DNA of 63,380 bases, counting the filler, from Neoconidiobolus thromboides FSU 785 (lineage: Eukaryota; Fungi; Entomophthoromycota): assembly GCA_025603075.1 (NCBI GenBank). It is 11 parts of 11 records of this genome, joined end to end, with 100 filler letters (N's around TTAATTAATTAA, not from the genome) between each part and the next. Parts side by side here need not be neighbours in the genome. Positions count along the whole stretch, not along the records: positions 61,764 to 63,380 come from MU626939.1; 10 more parts are not named here. One strand, written 5' to 3'. This document shows positions 62,927-63,380 of this stretch, piece after piece. A program made the position numbers and the translations under genes. The notes below the pieces were generated by a model. That model saw only the letters and a program-made list of their open reading frames with translations, was not told the DNA's origin and did not search any database. Numbering within the stretch: position 1 is the first letter of the stretch; each line of letters starts with the position of its first letter.

Positions 62927-63380
62927 TGTAAAATCTGGTACCCGGTGTTTGGAGTCAAAAACAGCTATTGCCTGGTTGACTACATTATAAGTCGAAAGGT
63001 CTTAGTTTGTGTGACTAAGATAGACTTAAATTATGAAGAATACCACGTAATAGGCTAGGGGTATGTAAAATAAATAAAATAGATACTACTACTGCAAAAT
63101 CTACATAAAATAAGGTTAAGTAAACTTAGTGGCTTTATTAAATGCTCGAGATATCAGAGAATAATTCAGTTAAAAAGCCTCGAGTTACTATGTTCTAAAA
63201 TCTCTTTTATACTTCAATAAGTATGGATATCAAAATGGGGAGATAATATCTTTCGGAATTACATGGCAGAAATTCTCATAACAAACCAAAATAAAAGGCT
63301 CGGGGCTGATTGTCTGTAAGCTCGAGAACACAACAACTTAGATGATTGTTATATTATAGTCAATCACAGAGCTCACAAAG
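62927..63380 (+). repeat. Third repeat family (possible LTR), runs to window end
   Basis: Starts TGTAAAATCTGGTAC; a 25-nt piece (GAAATTCTCATAACAAA.CAAAATA) recurs at 7247-7271 beside another gap. Confidence 0.75.

Overview
Very AT-rich eukaryotic DNA with short (~45-60 nt) GT-AG introns and fungus-specific genes (Zn2Cys6 factor, 8-TM TOK channel). It looks like an early-diverging fungus, Conidiobolus/Entomophthoromycotina-like (inference, no search run). The window is 11 contigs joined by ten identical 100-bp spacers (N44-TTAATTAATTAA-N44), so adjacency across gaps is unproven. Conserved genes: BRWD/PHIP-like WD40-bromodomain protein, 6-phosphogluconolactonase, NEDD8 E1 subunit ULA1/NAE1, Nvj2/TEX2, a divergent CDK, TOK1, mitochondrial L9, an HMT1/ATM1-type ABC half transporter, an S41 peptidase, PRP28/DDX23 and tRNA-Ser(AGA). 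Accessory genes: two tandem orphan 7TM receptors, a SPRY-PPxY adaptor, an intronless bacterial-looking secreted glycoside-hydrolase-like gene, and a secreted two-repeat protein with Dx[DN]xDG loops. The strongest unexplained signal is non-coding: a ~105-bp inverted-repeat element present in 21 near-full, mutually diverged copies (about one per 3 kb). One copy interrupts an arm of an 862-bp fold-back element, which supplies an empty-site control. Two CpGs in the family decay in both directions. Three segments are bracketed by inverted paralogous pairs, and sharply bounded near-identical tracts between local paralogs suggest gene conversion.
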